From: Candidatus Calditenuaceae archaeon HR02
Lineage (GTDB): Archaea; Thermoproteota; Nitrososphaeria_A; Caldarchaeales; Calditenuaceae
Direction of reading: 5' to 3'
Assembly: GCA_002898395.1 (NCBI GenBank)
Contig: BEHE01000005.1
Span: forward strand, 1 to 64,000
DNA length: 64,000 bases
A model generated the notes under the pieces. It saw only the letters and a list, made by a program, of their open reading frames with translations. It had not been told where the DNA came from and did not search any database. Made by a program: the position numbers and the translations under genes. Position 1 is the stretch's first letter. Each line of letters starts with the position of its first letter. Of this stretch, positions 1 to 10,192 are shown one piece after another.

Positions 1-58
1 CCTAGATGTTGTTTGGGCTGGTTGTCCGCCGGCTAAACCCCCTCCCCCCATCTTTCCA
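1..58 (+). repeat. 3' end of the dispersed IS110/Tas-like element (homologous to 50197-50250)
   Basis: cctagatgttgtttgggctggttgtccgccggctaaacc aligns by eye with cttatatgttgtctggctggtgcctacggctacacc (50197-50232); both are followed by a C/T tract. Confidence 0.55.
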
Positions 59-210
59 TTGTTTAAGTTTTTAATCCATCACTATGATTGTCGAATGATA
101 TTGAGTGTTTTAAATTACCTGTGGCTCTGGCCTCTTAATTTAAAGTTGCATGGGCGAAAGGGCCGGATATATATGGACGTACAGGGCGTTGGGGTATGGT
201 CTAGTAACCT

Positions 211-1029
211 ATGGACGGTCTCTTTGAAGCCCTCCTGCTTGCCCTTCTAGGCGTTGTTGTGGGTAGTGTAGGCTCCCTGCTGGGGGTGGGGGGAGGGCTC
301 ATAGTCGCGCCTGTGCTCCTGATGCTTTATAACTTTGATCCCGGGAGGGCGGCGGGGACCAGCTTACTGGTCGTGATTATGAGCGCCATCTCTGCTACCG
401 TGGCGTATATCAAGCAGCGCAGGGTTGACGTTGAGATGGGTCTAGGGTTTACCATAGGCACGGTACCGGGCTCAGTTATCGGCTCACTATCAACAACCTT
501 CGTGGGCAGTGGGGTGTTTAGAATCTACTTCGCATCAATGCTGATATTGTCTGCACTATACATTGTTTTTCGGTCTAGGCTTGGTGCCGGTAGTGGAGGG
601 TTATTAAAGGGCGGTCGTCAGAGCAGGATAGTGGACCGGCTGGGGAGGGAGCATGTATATTCATTTAACCCGTATCTGGTTGTTGCTTTTGCGGTGCTCT
701 CGGGATTCATATCTGGATTCTTCGGCGTCGGTGGAGGAATAATCAATGTCCCCGTCATGATTATCCTGCTTGGCGTTCCAGCCTACATTGCAACTGCAAC
801 CTCGCACTTCGTTCTAGTATGGACAGCCTTGACAGGCATAGTTACTCACGCCCTACTTAGGCATATCGACCCAATCATGGGAGGACTTGTCTCAGCCGGC
901 GCTCTACTAGGAGCTCAGATCGGTGCAAAGGCTTCTGAGAAAGCTAGCAGCCGGGCGCTAGAGCTATTTTTCGCCTTCTTCCTGATCGCTGTCGCCATTA
1001 ACCTGCTGTTCCAGTCTATCGCGCGCTAG
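211..1029 (+). CDS. TauE/SafE-family sulfite exporter (TSUP)
   Basis: Hydrophobic 272 aa with duplicated GSLLGVGGG / SGFFGVGGG motifs. Confidence 0.9.
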   Translation: MDGLFEALLLALLGVVVGSVGSLLGVGGGLIVAPVLLMLYNFDPGRAAGTSLLVVIMSAISATVAYIKQRRVDVEMGLGFTIGTVPGSVIGSLSTTFVGSGVFRIYFASMLILSALYIVFRSRLGAGSGGLLKGGRQSRIVDRLGREHVYSFNPYLVVAFAVLSGFISGFFGVGGGIINVPVMIILLGVPAYIATATSHFVLVWTALTGIVTHALLRHIDPIMGGLVSAGALLGAQIGAKASEKASSRALELFFAFFLIAVAINLLFQSIAR

Positions 1030-2249
1030 ACATATTCCCTGCCCAGCGCCTCTCGCGCGATGATCAATCGCATCATGTTCTCCGTACCCTCAGCGCCTAC
1101 AACATAGCTAAAGGCCGCCAGCCAAGCCCTGAATATTGGGAGCTCCTTATAGTAAGATGCTCCGCCAAACCACTTCATGACGTCCTCTCCGACCTCGAAG
1201 GCAAGTGAAGCGCATTTTAGCTTCGACATCGCCCCGAGGACTGCTATGTCTTTTAGACTGACTGTGCTGCTCTTCTGCTTGTAGTATTTGTCCGCGGCCC
1301 AGGCAGCCTTGTAGGAGAGGAGGCGAGCGGCCTCCAGCTCTTTTAAATGGTCGGCTAGCTTGAAGCTTATAGCCTGATACGAGGCAATTGGACGGCCGAA
1401 AACCTCGCGCTGCTTGATCCAAGAAATTCCCTGTTCAAGTAGCCACCGCGCACAGCCGACAGTTACAGACCCTATCAAACATCTCGCCAAGTTGAAGCCC
1501 TCCATCGCGATTCTAAATCCCTTGTTGACCTCGCCAATCCGATACTTATCCTCTACAACGAAGTCAGTAAAGCTTACAACGGATGTGTCGAGGCCTCTGC
1601 GGGCGAACTCGGTCCAGGGCCTATATTTTATCGCGGGGTTAACGCGACCGTCCTTCTTCATCAGGGCTAGGAAAGTGGTGATCGATTGATGCCTATCTTC
1701 AGGGCGGCCTGTCCTGCTTATGAGTACCCATCCACCCCCCCACTTCACCCTCTCGATGATAGAAGGTAGAGAGACCATCGACTTCTCGCCTGACAGAACC
1801 CAATTTCCATCTTGCCTTTTCTCAGCCTGTAGCCTGACACCTGCGACATCGCTTCCTCCATGAGCCTCAGTACTGGCTATGCCTACCAGGGCCTCGCCGC
1901 GGCAGACACGGGGGAGGACCTCGACCTTTGCCTCCTCAGACCCATAGAGCTGGACAATGTATGTCCAAGAGTTCTGGAGGAGGTATAGGACGGCCAGCGA
2001 TAGAGCCGGTGCATGGTATGCCAGCTCCTCAGCCGCTAGGGTTGCTTCTACAAATCCACCACCCTGGCCGCCATATTCCTCGTCCAAGACGAGGCCAAGA
2101 AGCCCCTGAGAGGCCAGCAGCTCGACTATGTCGGACCCTATTACTCCGCTCTCGTCAATCTCGATCCACTTAGGCGCAATCCGTTTGGCGCAGAACTCCG
2201 AGACCTTCTCCCTAAACAATCTCGTTTCAGGTGGAAACTCGAAATCCAT
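1026..2249 (-). CDS. Acyl-CoA dehydrogenase
   Basis: STEAHGGSD, LSGEK, RE-FGRPIASYQAI, FGGASY motifs; ATG 2249 follows an SD-like sequence (ORF open to 2294). Confidence 0.92.
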   Translation of the reverse strand: MDFEFPPETRLFREKVSEFCAKRIAPKWIEIDESGVIGSDIVELLASQGLLGLVLDEEYGGQGGGFVEATLAAEELAYHAPALSLAVLYLLQNSWTYIVQLYGSEEAKVEVLPRVCRGEALVGIASTEAHGGSDVAGVRLQAEKRQDGNWVLSGEKSMVSLPSIIERVKWGGGWVLISRTGRPEDRHQSITTFLALMKKDGRVNPAIKYRPWTEFARRGLDTSVVSFTDFVVEDKYRIGEVNKGFRIAMEGFNLARCLIGSVTVGCARWLLEQGISWIKQREVFGRPIASYQAISFKLADHLKELEAARLLSYKAAWAADKYYKQKSSTVSLKDIAVLGAMSKLKCASLAFEVGEDVMKWFGGASYYKELPIFRAWLAAFSYVVGAEGTENMMRLIIAREALGREYV

Positions 2250-2594
2250 CCCAGACTCCCCCTTACCACGTAAGTAATTCACCACCTCGCCCAACCATAA
2301 ATACTTCTACTATCGGCTGCCGACCAAAAATTCGTTGTAAAAAAAGAAGAGATGGTGTTATGCTGTTGTGGGCGCAGCGGCTTCCAACGCCTCTCGCTCT
2401 ACTACCCTCTTCTTTACCTTCTCCTTGTGATGCGCACTGCTTAGTGTACCACAATGGCACATGAGGCACGCACCGTTTGCGGCAACTATTGGAATGGCCC
2501 CATAAATAAGGTTATCACTACGACTCATATATTAACACCTCCTAGTGGGAAAACCCTTTAAGTAAAGAATCTGAATACTACTCTCTGCAGTGGT

Positions 2595-3962
2595 TTGAGT
2601 GAAACTATTGCTGAGCAGATTGCAGAGTACGCCTCTGGGGCGAGTTTGGGGGACTTCGCCCCGGAATCTATCCATGCGGCCAAGGCAAGGATACTGGACA
2701 CTCTGGGCGTTATGATAGCTGCGATTGATGCTCCGCCTGTAGTTGCCGCCCGCCGTGTGGTGGAGAAGTGGCCTGTCGCTGACGGCGGGGCTATTCTTGG
2801 GGGGAGGGTTAAGGTGGCTCCGGAGGACGCTGGATTTGTGAACGGTATAATGGCGCGGTACCTCGACTTTAATGACACATACCTCTCAAAGGAGGCCATA
2901 CATCCGAGCGACACGATCCCAGCGATCATCGCGGCTGGAGAATGCTTTGAGGCATCGGGTGAAGACCTCCTAAGGGGAATTCTTGTCGCTTATGAGGTTG
3001 CCTGCGCCCTCGCAGATGCAGTGACTATCAGGGATAGGGGGTTCGACCATGTCTCAAACATTGCGATAGGCACAGCGGCTGGCGTGGCCTCTCTCCTAGA
3101 GCTAGATGCTGAAAGGGCTCATGAGGCTATAAACATCGCAACGGTCAACGCAGCGGCACTAAGACAGACTAGGTCCGGAGAGCTGAGCATGTGGAAGGGG
3201 TGCGCAGCCGCATACGCGGCGCGGCACGGCCTCTACTCGGCACTCCTAGCTGCGGAGGGCATGACGGGCCCAAAACCGGTCTTCGAGGGTGATCTAGGCT
3301 ATATGAGGTCTATCTCGGGGCCCTTCACTATGCCCAAACTAACCTCAAACGCCGTCAGGATTCTGAGGACCTCGATAAAGTGGTGGCCGGTTGAGTATCA
3401 CTCCATGTCCGCAGTCGAAGCAGCTCTCAGGATTGTCTCAGAGGCCGGGAGAGTAAAGCCTTCACACGTCGAAAAAATCGTAATCAGGACTTTCAAAACT
3501 TCGTACAACATAATAGTTAAAGACCCTGAAAAATGGAGGCCAAAGTCTAGGGAGACCGCCGACCACAGCCTACCCTACATAACTATAAGGGCACTCCTCG
3601 ACGGAGACATATGGCTCGAGAGCTTCAGCCCAGAGAAGATAAGCGATATGGCCTTCTTAGAGCTTGCAGAGAAAACGATCGTAGAGGTAGAGCCGGGGTA
3701 TGATGCCTTGTACCCTGAGGCTGTGCCTAACGCGGTGGAGGTTACACTCGGTGATGGTAGGCGCTACTCTGCTGAGGTAACCTATCCGAAGGGGCATTAC
3801 CGGAACCCCTTAACAATGGATGATCTGCGCAGAAAGGTTAGGAGGCTTACGAGTGGGAGGCTGACTGACGAGCAGCTAGACATCATCTGGGATGAGGTCG
3901 TGTCTATTGACCGCCTAAAATCCGTCAGAGATTTGATGGACTATCTCTCGACAGTTAAATAG
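2595..3962 (+). CDS. prpD: 2-methylcitrate dehydratase (MmgE/PrpD family)
   Basis: RYLDFNDTY, HPSD, GELSMWKG, ETADHSLPY motifs. Confidence 0.93.
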   Translation: MSETIAEQIAEYASGASLGDFAPESIHAAKARILDTLGVMIAAIDAPPVVAARRVVEKWPVADGGAILGGRVKVAPEDAGFVNGIMARYLDFNDTYLSKEAIHPSDTIPAIIAAGECFEASGEDLLRGILVAYEVACALADAVTIRDRGFDHVSNIAIGTAAGVASLLELDAERAHEAINIATVNAAALRQTRSGELSMWKGCAAAYAARHGLYSALLAAEGMTGPKPVFEGDLGYMRSISGPFTMPKLTSNAVRILRTSIKWWPVEYHSMSAVEAALRIVSEAGRVKPSHVEKIVIRTFKTSYNIIVKDPEKWRPKSRETADHSLPYITIRALLDGDIWLESFSPEKISDMAFLELAEKTIVEVEPGYDALYPEAVPNAVEVTLGDGRRYSAEVTYPKGHYRNPLTMDDLRRKVRRLTSGRLTDEQLDIIWDEVVSIDRLKSVRDLMDYLSTVK

Positions 3963-3999
3963 ATATATAGTCAGATGCACTAGTTATGGTGCAGGTTAA

Positions 4000-5142
4000 T
4001 TGAGCATTCATGCACATGTGTTTAAAGGTTTAGAGGGTGTATATGTTATTGACAGCGCTATATGCTTAATCGATACGGAAAACGGGGCCTTATATTACGC
4101 GGGCTATGATGTCAGGGAGCTTGTAGAGAAAAGTAGCTTCGAGGAGGTGGCCTTCCTTCTGCTCCACCAGAGACTCCCAACTAAATCAGAGTTTAAAGAG
4201 TTTACGGGCCGTCTGAGGGCGTCTCTAGACCTCGAATCGAGGCATATAGAGACTATCCGGAGACATGCAGGCAACTTAGATACTCTTACAATCCTTGCAG
4301 AGTTAATGGTGCTAGAAGGGAGTGGGAAAAAAGGTGGTGAGCCTGGGGATTTGGAAGCTGCTATTAACGCCATAGCCAAGGTGGGCTCCTTTTTCTCGGC
4401 CATAATTAGGATTCGCTCAGGGGAAGACTATGTGCCACCTCGAAAGGACCTAAGCTTTGCCGAGAACATATTATACATGATGAAGGGTGGAGTTTATAGG
4501 AAAGAGCACGCTGAGATCCTGGACGACCTCTTAATTCTTCACGCAGAGCATGGTATCCCTGCAAGCACCTTTGCAAGCATCGTCACAGCCTCTACGCTCA
4601 GCGACCTCTACTCCTCAATAGCCGCTGGAATGCTAGCTTTGAAGGGCCCGCTGCACGGAGGAGCCTCTGAGGCAAGCTATGCCCAGGCCCTGAGGATAGG
4701 GAGCGCTGAAAAGGTTCCCCAATGGGTTGAGTCGACGCTAGCCGAGAAGAAAAAAATTATGGGGTTTGGACATAGGGTGTATAAGATCTATGACCCAAGG
4801 GCCACGGTTGTGAAGCAATTGATAGCTAGGCATGCAGCTGCTATGGATAGCGAGGCTAAGAGATTGTATGAGGTTACGAAGGCCCTGGAGGACTATGGCC
4901 AGAAGGTCTTGGCTCCTCGTGGAATCTATCCAAACGTCGATCTCTGGACGCCAATCCTGTACAGAATGATTGGTATTCCCCCCGATAGTTTCACCGCAGT
5001 TTTTGCGGTCAGCAGAACAGCGGGGTGGGCAGCTCATATCCTAGAGTATTGGCGAGACAACAAGTTGATCCGGCCGCTACACCTCTACGTGGGTGAGCAT
5101 CCACGGAAGTATCTGCCGTTGGAGCTTAGAGAAGTGTCTTAA
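4000..5142 (+). CDS. Citrate / 2-methylcitrate synthase
   Basis: GLEGV, HAEH, GPLHGGA, GFGHRVYK, YPNVD motifs; follows prpD. Confidence 0.93.
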   Translation: MSIHAHVFKGLEGVYVIDSAICLIDTENGALYYAGYDVRELVEKSSFEEVAFLLLHQRLPTKSEFKEFTGRLRASLDLESRHIETIRRHAGNLDTLTILAELMVLEGSGKKGGEPGDLEAAINAIAKVGSFFSAIIRIRSGEDYVPPRKDLSFAENILYMMKGGVYRKEHAEILDDLLILHAEHGIPASTFASIVTASTLSDLYSSIAAGMLALKGPLHGGASEASYAQALRIGSAEKVPQWVESTLAEKKKIMGFGHRVYKIYDPRATVVKQLIARHAAAMDSEAKRLYEVTKALEDYGQKVLAPRGIYPNVDLWTPILYRMIGIPPDSFTAVFAVSRTAGWAAHILEYWRDNKLIRPLHLYVGEHPRKYLPLELREVS

Positions 5143-6313
5143 GCAGTCCGAAGAGAAACCTTAGGCCGGCGGGTGAAGCGAGGCTCTCAGCAAGCCCTGT
5201 AACTTGAAAGTCCATATCTCCCCGCCTAGACAGTGTTTTTGATAGCCCCGACTCGCCTGCAACCCTTATCAGGCCGTCGAGGGCCTTGTCGCTCATCGAG
5301 TCTATTGTCTTAGCTACCCAATAAATAGCTCTGAGTTCACGGTAGAGGCCCCTTACCATGCGCCTGTAGACTCCCCTCCGCCCCTCTTCCAAGTAGCTGT
5401 ACAAGTGTGAGGCAGCGGCCTTGGCGCAGATCCCCCCGGCGATTACGCCGCCGCCAGTCGTTGCCTTAACCTGCCCAGCCACGTCTCCCACCAACAGTAC
5501 GTTGCCGTCGAGCCCCATCTCTAGTGGAGGACCGCGGTATATGCTGTGGGCAGAGTAACCGATTATCTTAGAGCCCGGCATCTCCTCTCTCATTAGCCTA
5601 TATGCCTTCGCAAGGGGGTCACGTCTCGCCGCCACACCAAGCTTCCCCACCTCCTCGTTTATAGGCACCAGGTATCCGAAAAAGTCCTTGAGATAGTTTT
5701 TAAACCAGATGTGGGCTTTCCGCCTTTCTAGTCCGTGTTTTCTGACTATGAGCTGAATGGTGGGGAGCCAATGGGGTGCGTTGTAACCGGTGAAGACCAT
5801 GCGTGCTAGCTTTGCAGTAGACCCTTCAGCAATTACTAGGGCCCGGGAGGATAGCTTGCTTCCATCCTCAAAGACCACCTCACAGAACTTATCGCCTCCG
5901 ACAATGTTGCAGGAGACTACGCGGCGCCCCACCAAAATATCGGCTCCAGACGCAAGTGCCTTCTCAGCCAAATACCTGTCAAAGGCCTCCCGCTCAGCAA
6001 CAACCGCTACGGGTGTCGGTGATGAGACCTCTAAGACCGCTCCGCTTGGCGAGTTGATGCGGCAACCCCAGACGAAGTTCTGGACATAGCGTCGGCTAAT
6101 GGTTACGCCGATTTTTTCCAGCCCCCTAATACTATATAAGCCGGCACACCGCTCAGGCCGGCCGATAATTTCGTCCTCCTCAAATAAGGTGACTTGGAGC
6201 CCTCTCCGGGCTGCCTCTCTAGCTGCGATCAGCCCGGCCGGCCCACCACCCACCACAGCAATATCAGTACTCGGCAAAACGCTCGAAGCCTTAGTCTCGA
6301 ACCCTCTCTCCAT
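5126..6313 (-). CDS. Geranylgeranyl reductase family (DGGGPL reductase-like) flavoprotein
   Basis: GGGPAG Rossmann motif, PERCAG, REAFDRYLA, VGDVAGQVKATTGGG. Confidence 0.88.
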   Translation of the reverse strand: MERGFETKASSVLPSTDIAVVGGGPAGLIAAREAARRGLQVTLFEEDEIIGRPERCAGLYSIRGLEKIGVTISRRYVQNFVWGCRINSPSGAVLEVSSPTPVAVVAEREAFDRYLAEKALASGADILVGRRVVSCNIVGGDKFCEVVFEDGSKLSSRALVIAEGSTAKLARMVFTGYNAPHWLPTIQLIVRKHGLERRKAHIWFKNYLKDFFGYLVPINEEVGKLGVAARRDPLAKAYRLMREEMPGSKIIGYSAHSIYRGPPLEMGLDGNVLLVGDVAGQVKATTGGGVIAGGICAKAAASHLYSYLEEGRRGVYRRMVRGLYRELRAIYWVAKTIDSMSDKALDGLIRVAGESGLSKTLSRRGDMDFQVTGLAESLASPAGLRFLFGLLKTLL

Positions 6314-6392
6314 CTAAAAGCCCTTAGCTCAAAAACTAGGGCCAAATGATAAATTTTATAGTAAGTTGAGGAGAGACGCCTCAGGAGGTCTC

Positions 6393-6986
6393 ATGGACGG
6401 AAGACACACCTATCAGGCCAGAATCGGGTACGATTTTGTAGACCATTCCGGACCCCCTAAAGATACTGTAAGACCCAGTAATACACCCCTGAATGTATCC
6501 CACCCCCCGCCGGTCAAGATAAGAGTCAGCGACCCCTCCCTTTGCTTCGATTATGCTCACTTCCTACCAGACATCGAGAAATGCTCAACAATCCATGGTC
6601 ATACGGCAAGCCTTGAGGTGGAAGTGGCTGGAGAGAAGGCGGGGCCAGGGCTTGTAGTTGACTTCGGGATACTTAAGAGGGTCGTCCGGGAAGTGGTATC
6701 AGAGCTTGACCATAGGATACTAGTATGTGAGAAATACATCGAGTCGAGAAGTGACAGCTCCGTGACTATAGGATTTGCTGGGAGGGGTGGAGAGTACAAG
6801 CTCTCTGCGCCGCTTTCACAAGTCTTCATAATGCCCTTCGAGTCAACCATCGAAAATCTAGCCACATATCTTGCAGAGTCGATCTTCAAGCGTATGCCGG
6901 AGAATGTGCAATATGTGAGGGTAACGGTCTCAGAGGGTTTTGGAAAATTTGCTGAGAGCATAGTGTATCGTGAGAGAGATGTCTGA
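6393..6986 (+). CDS. queD: 6-carboxy-5,6,7,8-tetrahydropterin synthase
   Basis: FDYAH, CSTIHGH, VDFG, LDH, STIENLA motifs; GGAGGT SD before ATG 6393. Confidence 0.88.
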   Translation: MDGRHTYQARIGYDFVDHSGPPKDTVRPSNTPLNVSHPPPVKIRVSDPSLCFDYAHFLPDIEKCSTIHGHTASLEVEVAGEKAGPGLVVDFGILKRVVREVVSELDHRILVCEKYIESRSDSSVTIGFAGRGGEYKLSAPLSQVFIMPFESTIENLATYLAESIFKRMPENVQYVRVTVSEGFGKFAESIVYRERDV

Positions 6987-7644
6987 GAGAATACTTGTTC
7001 TACTGTCTGGAGGAATCGACTCGGCTGTAGCACTTTGGCTGGTAAGGCGCGAGATACCTGCTAGCAAAGTCTATACCCTGACAATAGACTATCACAGACG
7101 CAGTAGGGGTGAGGACGAGTGCGCTGCAAGGCTTGCCGCAAAGGCTGGAGTATCCTCCCACCTCAAGATAAGCCTACCATTTCTCAAAGACCTGGAGGAC
7201 CAGCCTGGTGAGGCAGCCGTGAGCTACAGGGATATAGGTTTCCCGCCGGTCTTCATTCCTGTCAGAAACCTAGTATTCTACTCTTGTGCAGCTCACGTCG
7301 CTTTTTCAATAAACGCGGACAAAATAGTCGTGGGGCATAATGGAGAAGATGCCGGCCGATTCCCCGATGTGGGCACCGACTTCATAAAGCGATTCAATGA
7401 ACTCTTAAGGGAGAGCCTGCCCGGATACAAATTAACCCTCGAGGCCCCGCTCCTATCCCATTCTAAGCGAGATGTGGCTCGACTAGCGCTCACGCTGGGA
7501 GTTCCGCTGGAGGATACCTGGAGCTGCTGGGGGCCTGGGACCATACACTGCGGCCGCTGTGAAGGATGTCAATCTAGGCGAAATGTTTTCAGAGAGCTAG
7601 GTGTGGAAGACCCTACAACGTATGAACGGATTAATATCGCCTAA
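6979..7644 (+). CDS. queC: 7-cyano-7-deazaguanine synthase
   Basis: LLSGGIDS PP-loop, PVRN, TWSC..HCGRCEGC Zn site. Confidence 0.93.
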   Translation: MSERILVLLSGGIDSAVALWLVRREIPASKVYTLTIDYHRRSRGEDECAARLAAKAGVSSHLKISLPFLKDLEDQPGEAAVSYRDIGFPPVFIPVRNLVFYSCAAHVAFSINADKIVVGHNGEDAGRFPDVGTDFIKRFNELLRESLPGYKLTLEAPLLSHSKRDVARLALTLGVPLEDTWSCWGPGTIHCGRCEGCQSRRNVFRELGVEDPTTYERINIA

Positions 7645-7659
7645 TACCTTCTCAGTCTT

Positions 7660-8517
7660 GTGAGGATCGGCCTCAACGCCTGGACAGTCGGGGGATGGAG
7701 GCTCAACCTGCCTACAGGCCTTGAGGGAGTTATAGAGGTGGCATCCGCCCTAGGCTATGATGGTGTAGAGATAGTCTACGATGACTCAGACTATAAACCT
7801 GATAAGATATCGAAAAAGGATAGAAGACTCTTGCTAGAGCTGGCCTTGAGTCACGATATCTCTATCCCAAGTATAGCGACCGGAGTCTTCTGGAGATACA
7901 GCCTCGCATCTCATGATGAGGCGGAGCGAATCACAGCACTCACCCTCCTTAAGATGGGGGTGGAGCTGGCGGCGGACCTAGAATCTGAGACCCTACTAGT
8001 AGTTCCGGCAGTGGCCAAGCCCGGAACAGGGTACAAGGAAACATATAACCATGCCCTCTCCTCAATAGTCAAGGCGTCGCGCTGGGCCGAGGACCATGGT
8101 GTAAAGATAGGACTCGAGAATGTATGGAGCCGCTTTCTATACGACCCGATCATCTTTCGACGCTTCATCGAAGACGTGGGATCAGATGCTGTAGGCCTCT
8201 ACTTCGACGTGGGAAACGTGTTGGAGCTTGCCCCCTTCGAGCATTGGCTCGAGGTTCTGGGAGATAGGATCGTTATGGTTCATGCCAAGGATTATGACAT
8301 GAATAGCCGGGGACCCGGAGGCTTCCGGCTAATCGGTCGAGGATCAGTTGATTGGGGTGGGTTCGTCAAGTCCCTCAAATCGCTCGGATATGACGGGTTT
8401 ATCAACGTCGAGACTCCCCCGGAGTTCATGAAATCTCCTAATACACTCATCTTTCCCCAAGATGGGATTGAGGCGGCGAGTATCAGCCTACAAAAACTGC
8501 GCGAGTATATGAGCTAG
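7660..8517 (+). CDS. Sugar phosphate isomerase/epimerase (xylose-isomerase-like TIM barrel)
   Basis: GYDGVEI, GLENVW, YFDVGN, VHAKD, GYDGFINVE. Confidence 0.85.
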   Translation: MRIGLNAWTVGGWRLNLPTGLEGVIEVASALGYDGVEIVYDDSDYKPDKISKKDRRLLLELALSHDISIPSIATGVFWRYSLASHDEAERITALTLLKMGVELAADLESETLLVVPAVAKPGTGYKETYNHALSSIVKASRWAEDHGVKIGLENVWSRFLYDPIIFRRFIEDVGSDAVGLYFDVGNVLELAPFEHWLEVLGDRIVMVHAKDYDMNSRGPGGFRLIGRGSVDWGGFVKSLKSLGYDGFINVETPPEFMKSPNTLIFPQDGIEAASISLQKLREYMS

Positions 8518-8576
8518 ACTAAGTCTCGCGGTTGGTCAAAACTAAAATACTGACGCCCCGATATTGTCTCACCAGA

Positions 8577-8999
8577 ATGTCAGATACACCGGAGGGGGAG
8601 GGAAGAGAGGCAAGGCGGGAAGTATGGGGGATAATACACATCTACTCATCCTACAACAACATAATCGTCCATGCCACGGACATAACGGGAGCGGAGACGA
8701 TAGCCATAGCCTCTGGCGGTATGTTCGTGGAATCTGGGCGTCTTGAGTCCTCGCCATACGCAGCCACAAGGGCAGCAAACTATGTTATGGAGGCAGTCAA
8801 GCAGAGGGGCATAAACGCAGTCCACATAAGAGTCAGAGCCCCGGGAGGAGTGAAGTCGAAGACGCCTGGCCCCGGAACGCAGGCCGCCATCCGGGCCATA
8901 GCGAGGTCCGGGGTAATGATTGGTAGGATAGAAGACGTCACACCGCTACCGCATGACAGCGTGAGGCGGAAGGGTGGGAGAAGGGGTAGGCGGGTTTAG
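8577..8999 (+). CDS. rps11: 30S ribosomal protein S11
   Basis: [36 protein letters not shown]. Confidence 0.97.
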   Translation: MSDTPEGEGREARREVWGIIHIYSSYNNIIVHATDITGAETIAIASGGMFVESGRLESSPYAATRAANYVMEAVKQRGINAVHIRVRAPGGVKSKTPGPGTQAAIRAIARSGVMIGRIEDVTPLPHDSVRRKGGRRGRRV

Positions 9000-9484
9000 G
9001 CTGGGGCCTCTGCCGGAACCAACAGCCTAATCTTATCCTCTTCCCCTCTCATAACCAAGTAGCTGGGAGACGAGACCACCCTGTCGCCAACCGCCACCTT
9101 GCCATGGACGATAAGCTGTCTCGCATGGTAAGGTGTTCTAGCTAGGCCCAGCCTATATACGATCGTCTGGAGCCTTCTTTCAAGGATGTCCTTAACCGAC
9201 AACTGGAGAACATAGTTGGCATCGGCATCCGCGGGGACAAGCCCCATTAAATACAGCTTATCGATAAGCGCCTTCTCCTTCACCCTTCTCTCATCTCCAG
9301 TCAAGACAAAAAGAGACCTGGCGATATTCCTATACCTCCTCAGGATAGACGCTGCCCTCCAGAGCTCCCTCTTATTCCTCAGACCGTATTCGCCGACGAG
9401 AACAAGCTCCTCACGTAGCCTATCCTCCCTCCAGGGATTCCTAGGCGTCTCATATTTCTTTCTCGGCCTTTTAGGGTCTCCCAT
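8996..9484 (-). CDS. rps4: 30S ribosomal protein S4
   Basis: [35 protein letters not shown]. Confidence 0.97.
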   Translation of the reverse strand: MGDPKRPRKKYETPRNPWREDRLREELVLVGEYGLRNKRELWRAASILRRYRNIARSLFVLTGDERRVKEKALIDKLYLMGLVPADADANYVLQLSVKDILERRLQTIVYRLGLARTPYHARQLIVHGKVAVGDRVVSSPSYLVMRGEEDKIRLLVPAEAPA

Positions 9485-9532
9485 CCTCCAATCACGACTC
9501 CATCCGTTAATTTAAAGCTCTCTACAGCTGGG

Positions 9533-9965
9533 TTGGAGCTGAAGAAGGTTGTGCTGTTGAGGAGGAGACTAGAGGCCGAGAAGGAAAGGCTCAAGAAGGA
9601 GATTGTCAACACTGCTATGGAGCGAATGGAGCTTTACGTTTTCGCGGAGTCGGAGCTCGGCCTAGGAGGCGCCTCCCTCGCGATCTTGCTGACTTACATC
9701 GACTTTTCGAGAGGAATAAATAAGGTCAAAACGTACGTAAGAGAGTTCAGGAGGTAGGGACGTCTTGGCGAGGTACGCTAACACGATCTACGTGCGTGTG
9801 AAGAGAGGGTGTTTCAAAAACCCAAAATATGTTAACATCGTGAACTCATCCGCCCGAAGAGAGGCTCTTAAGAGAATACAGTCCGAGGCCCTCAAGGATA
9901 TCAGAAGACTTTGGCGAGAGCATTTCGGCTGCGAGGAGGCTAGTCCCGCGGGGAGGCGGCCCTAG
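9533..9965 (+). pseudogene. 5'-truncated, frameshifted C-terminal half of the IS110/Tas-like protein
   Basis: ELGL..LAILLTYIDFSRGINKVKTYV and ALKDIRRLWREH align with ELG..LAELMIHVARSTSFHRLRSYL and LLKRIWRLAKEH of 49254-50136; split across two frames near 9757. Confidence 0.6.
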
Positions 9966-10090
9966 GAGAAGCCGACCACGTAGCCCAACCCGTGTACCCA
10001 TCCCGCTAGGGATGGACGTGTGGTGGTTATCCGCGAGGAGGCTCCTAAGAAGGCCCCCCTCCCCCCTTATCCCCTCTTTTCCTCTTCCAA
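9950..10090 (+). ncRNA. Candidate structured 3' RNA of the element plus pyrimidine terminator
   Basis: Nested pairings 9950-56/10058-64, 9963-68/10042-47, 9977-81/10016-20 and hairpin 9998-10015, then a C/T tract. Confidence 0.35.
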
Positions 10091-10192
10091 TTCGGTTTCG
10101 CGCTCACAGGAAAAACCAGCTAGAACCCACAGAACATACAAAAACTTATACGCATCATGGATGGAAAGTGTCTGAGGATGCGTGACCACCGG

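Noticed and set aside
2355-2430. ATGCTGTTGTGGGC plus a C/T tract resembling the element's 3' end
   Set aside because: The similarity is too short and low-complexity to support
10150-10183. ACGCATC/GATGCGT stem with a CTGA, as a C/D box sRNA
   Set aside because: Too short, with a poor C box and no C'/D' boxes
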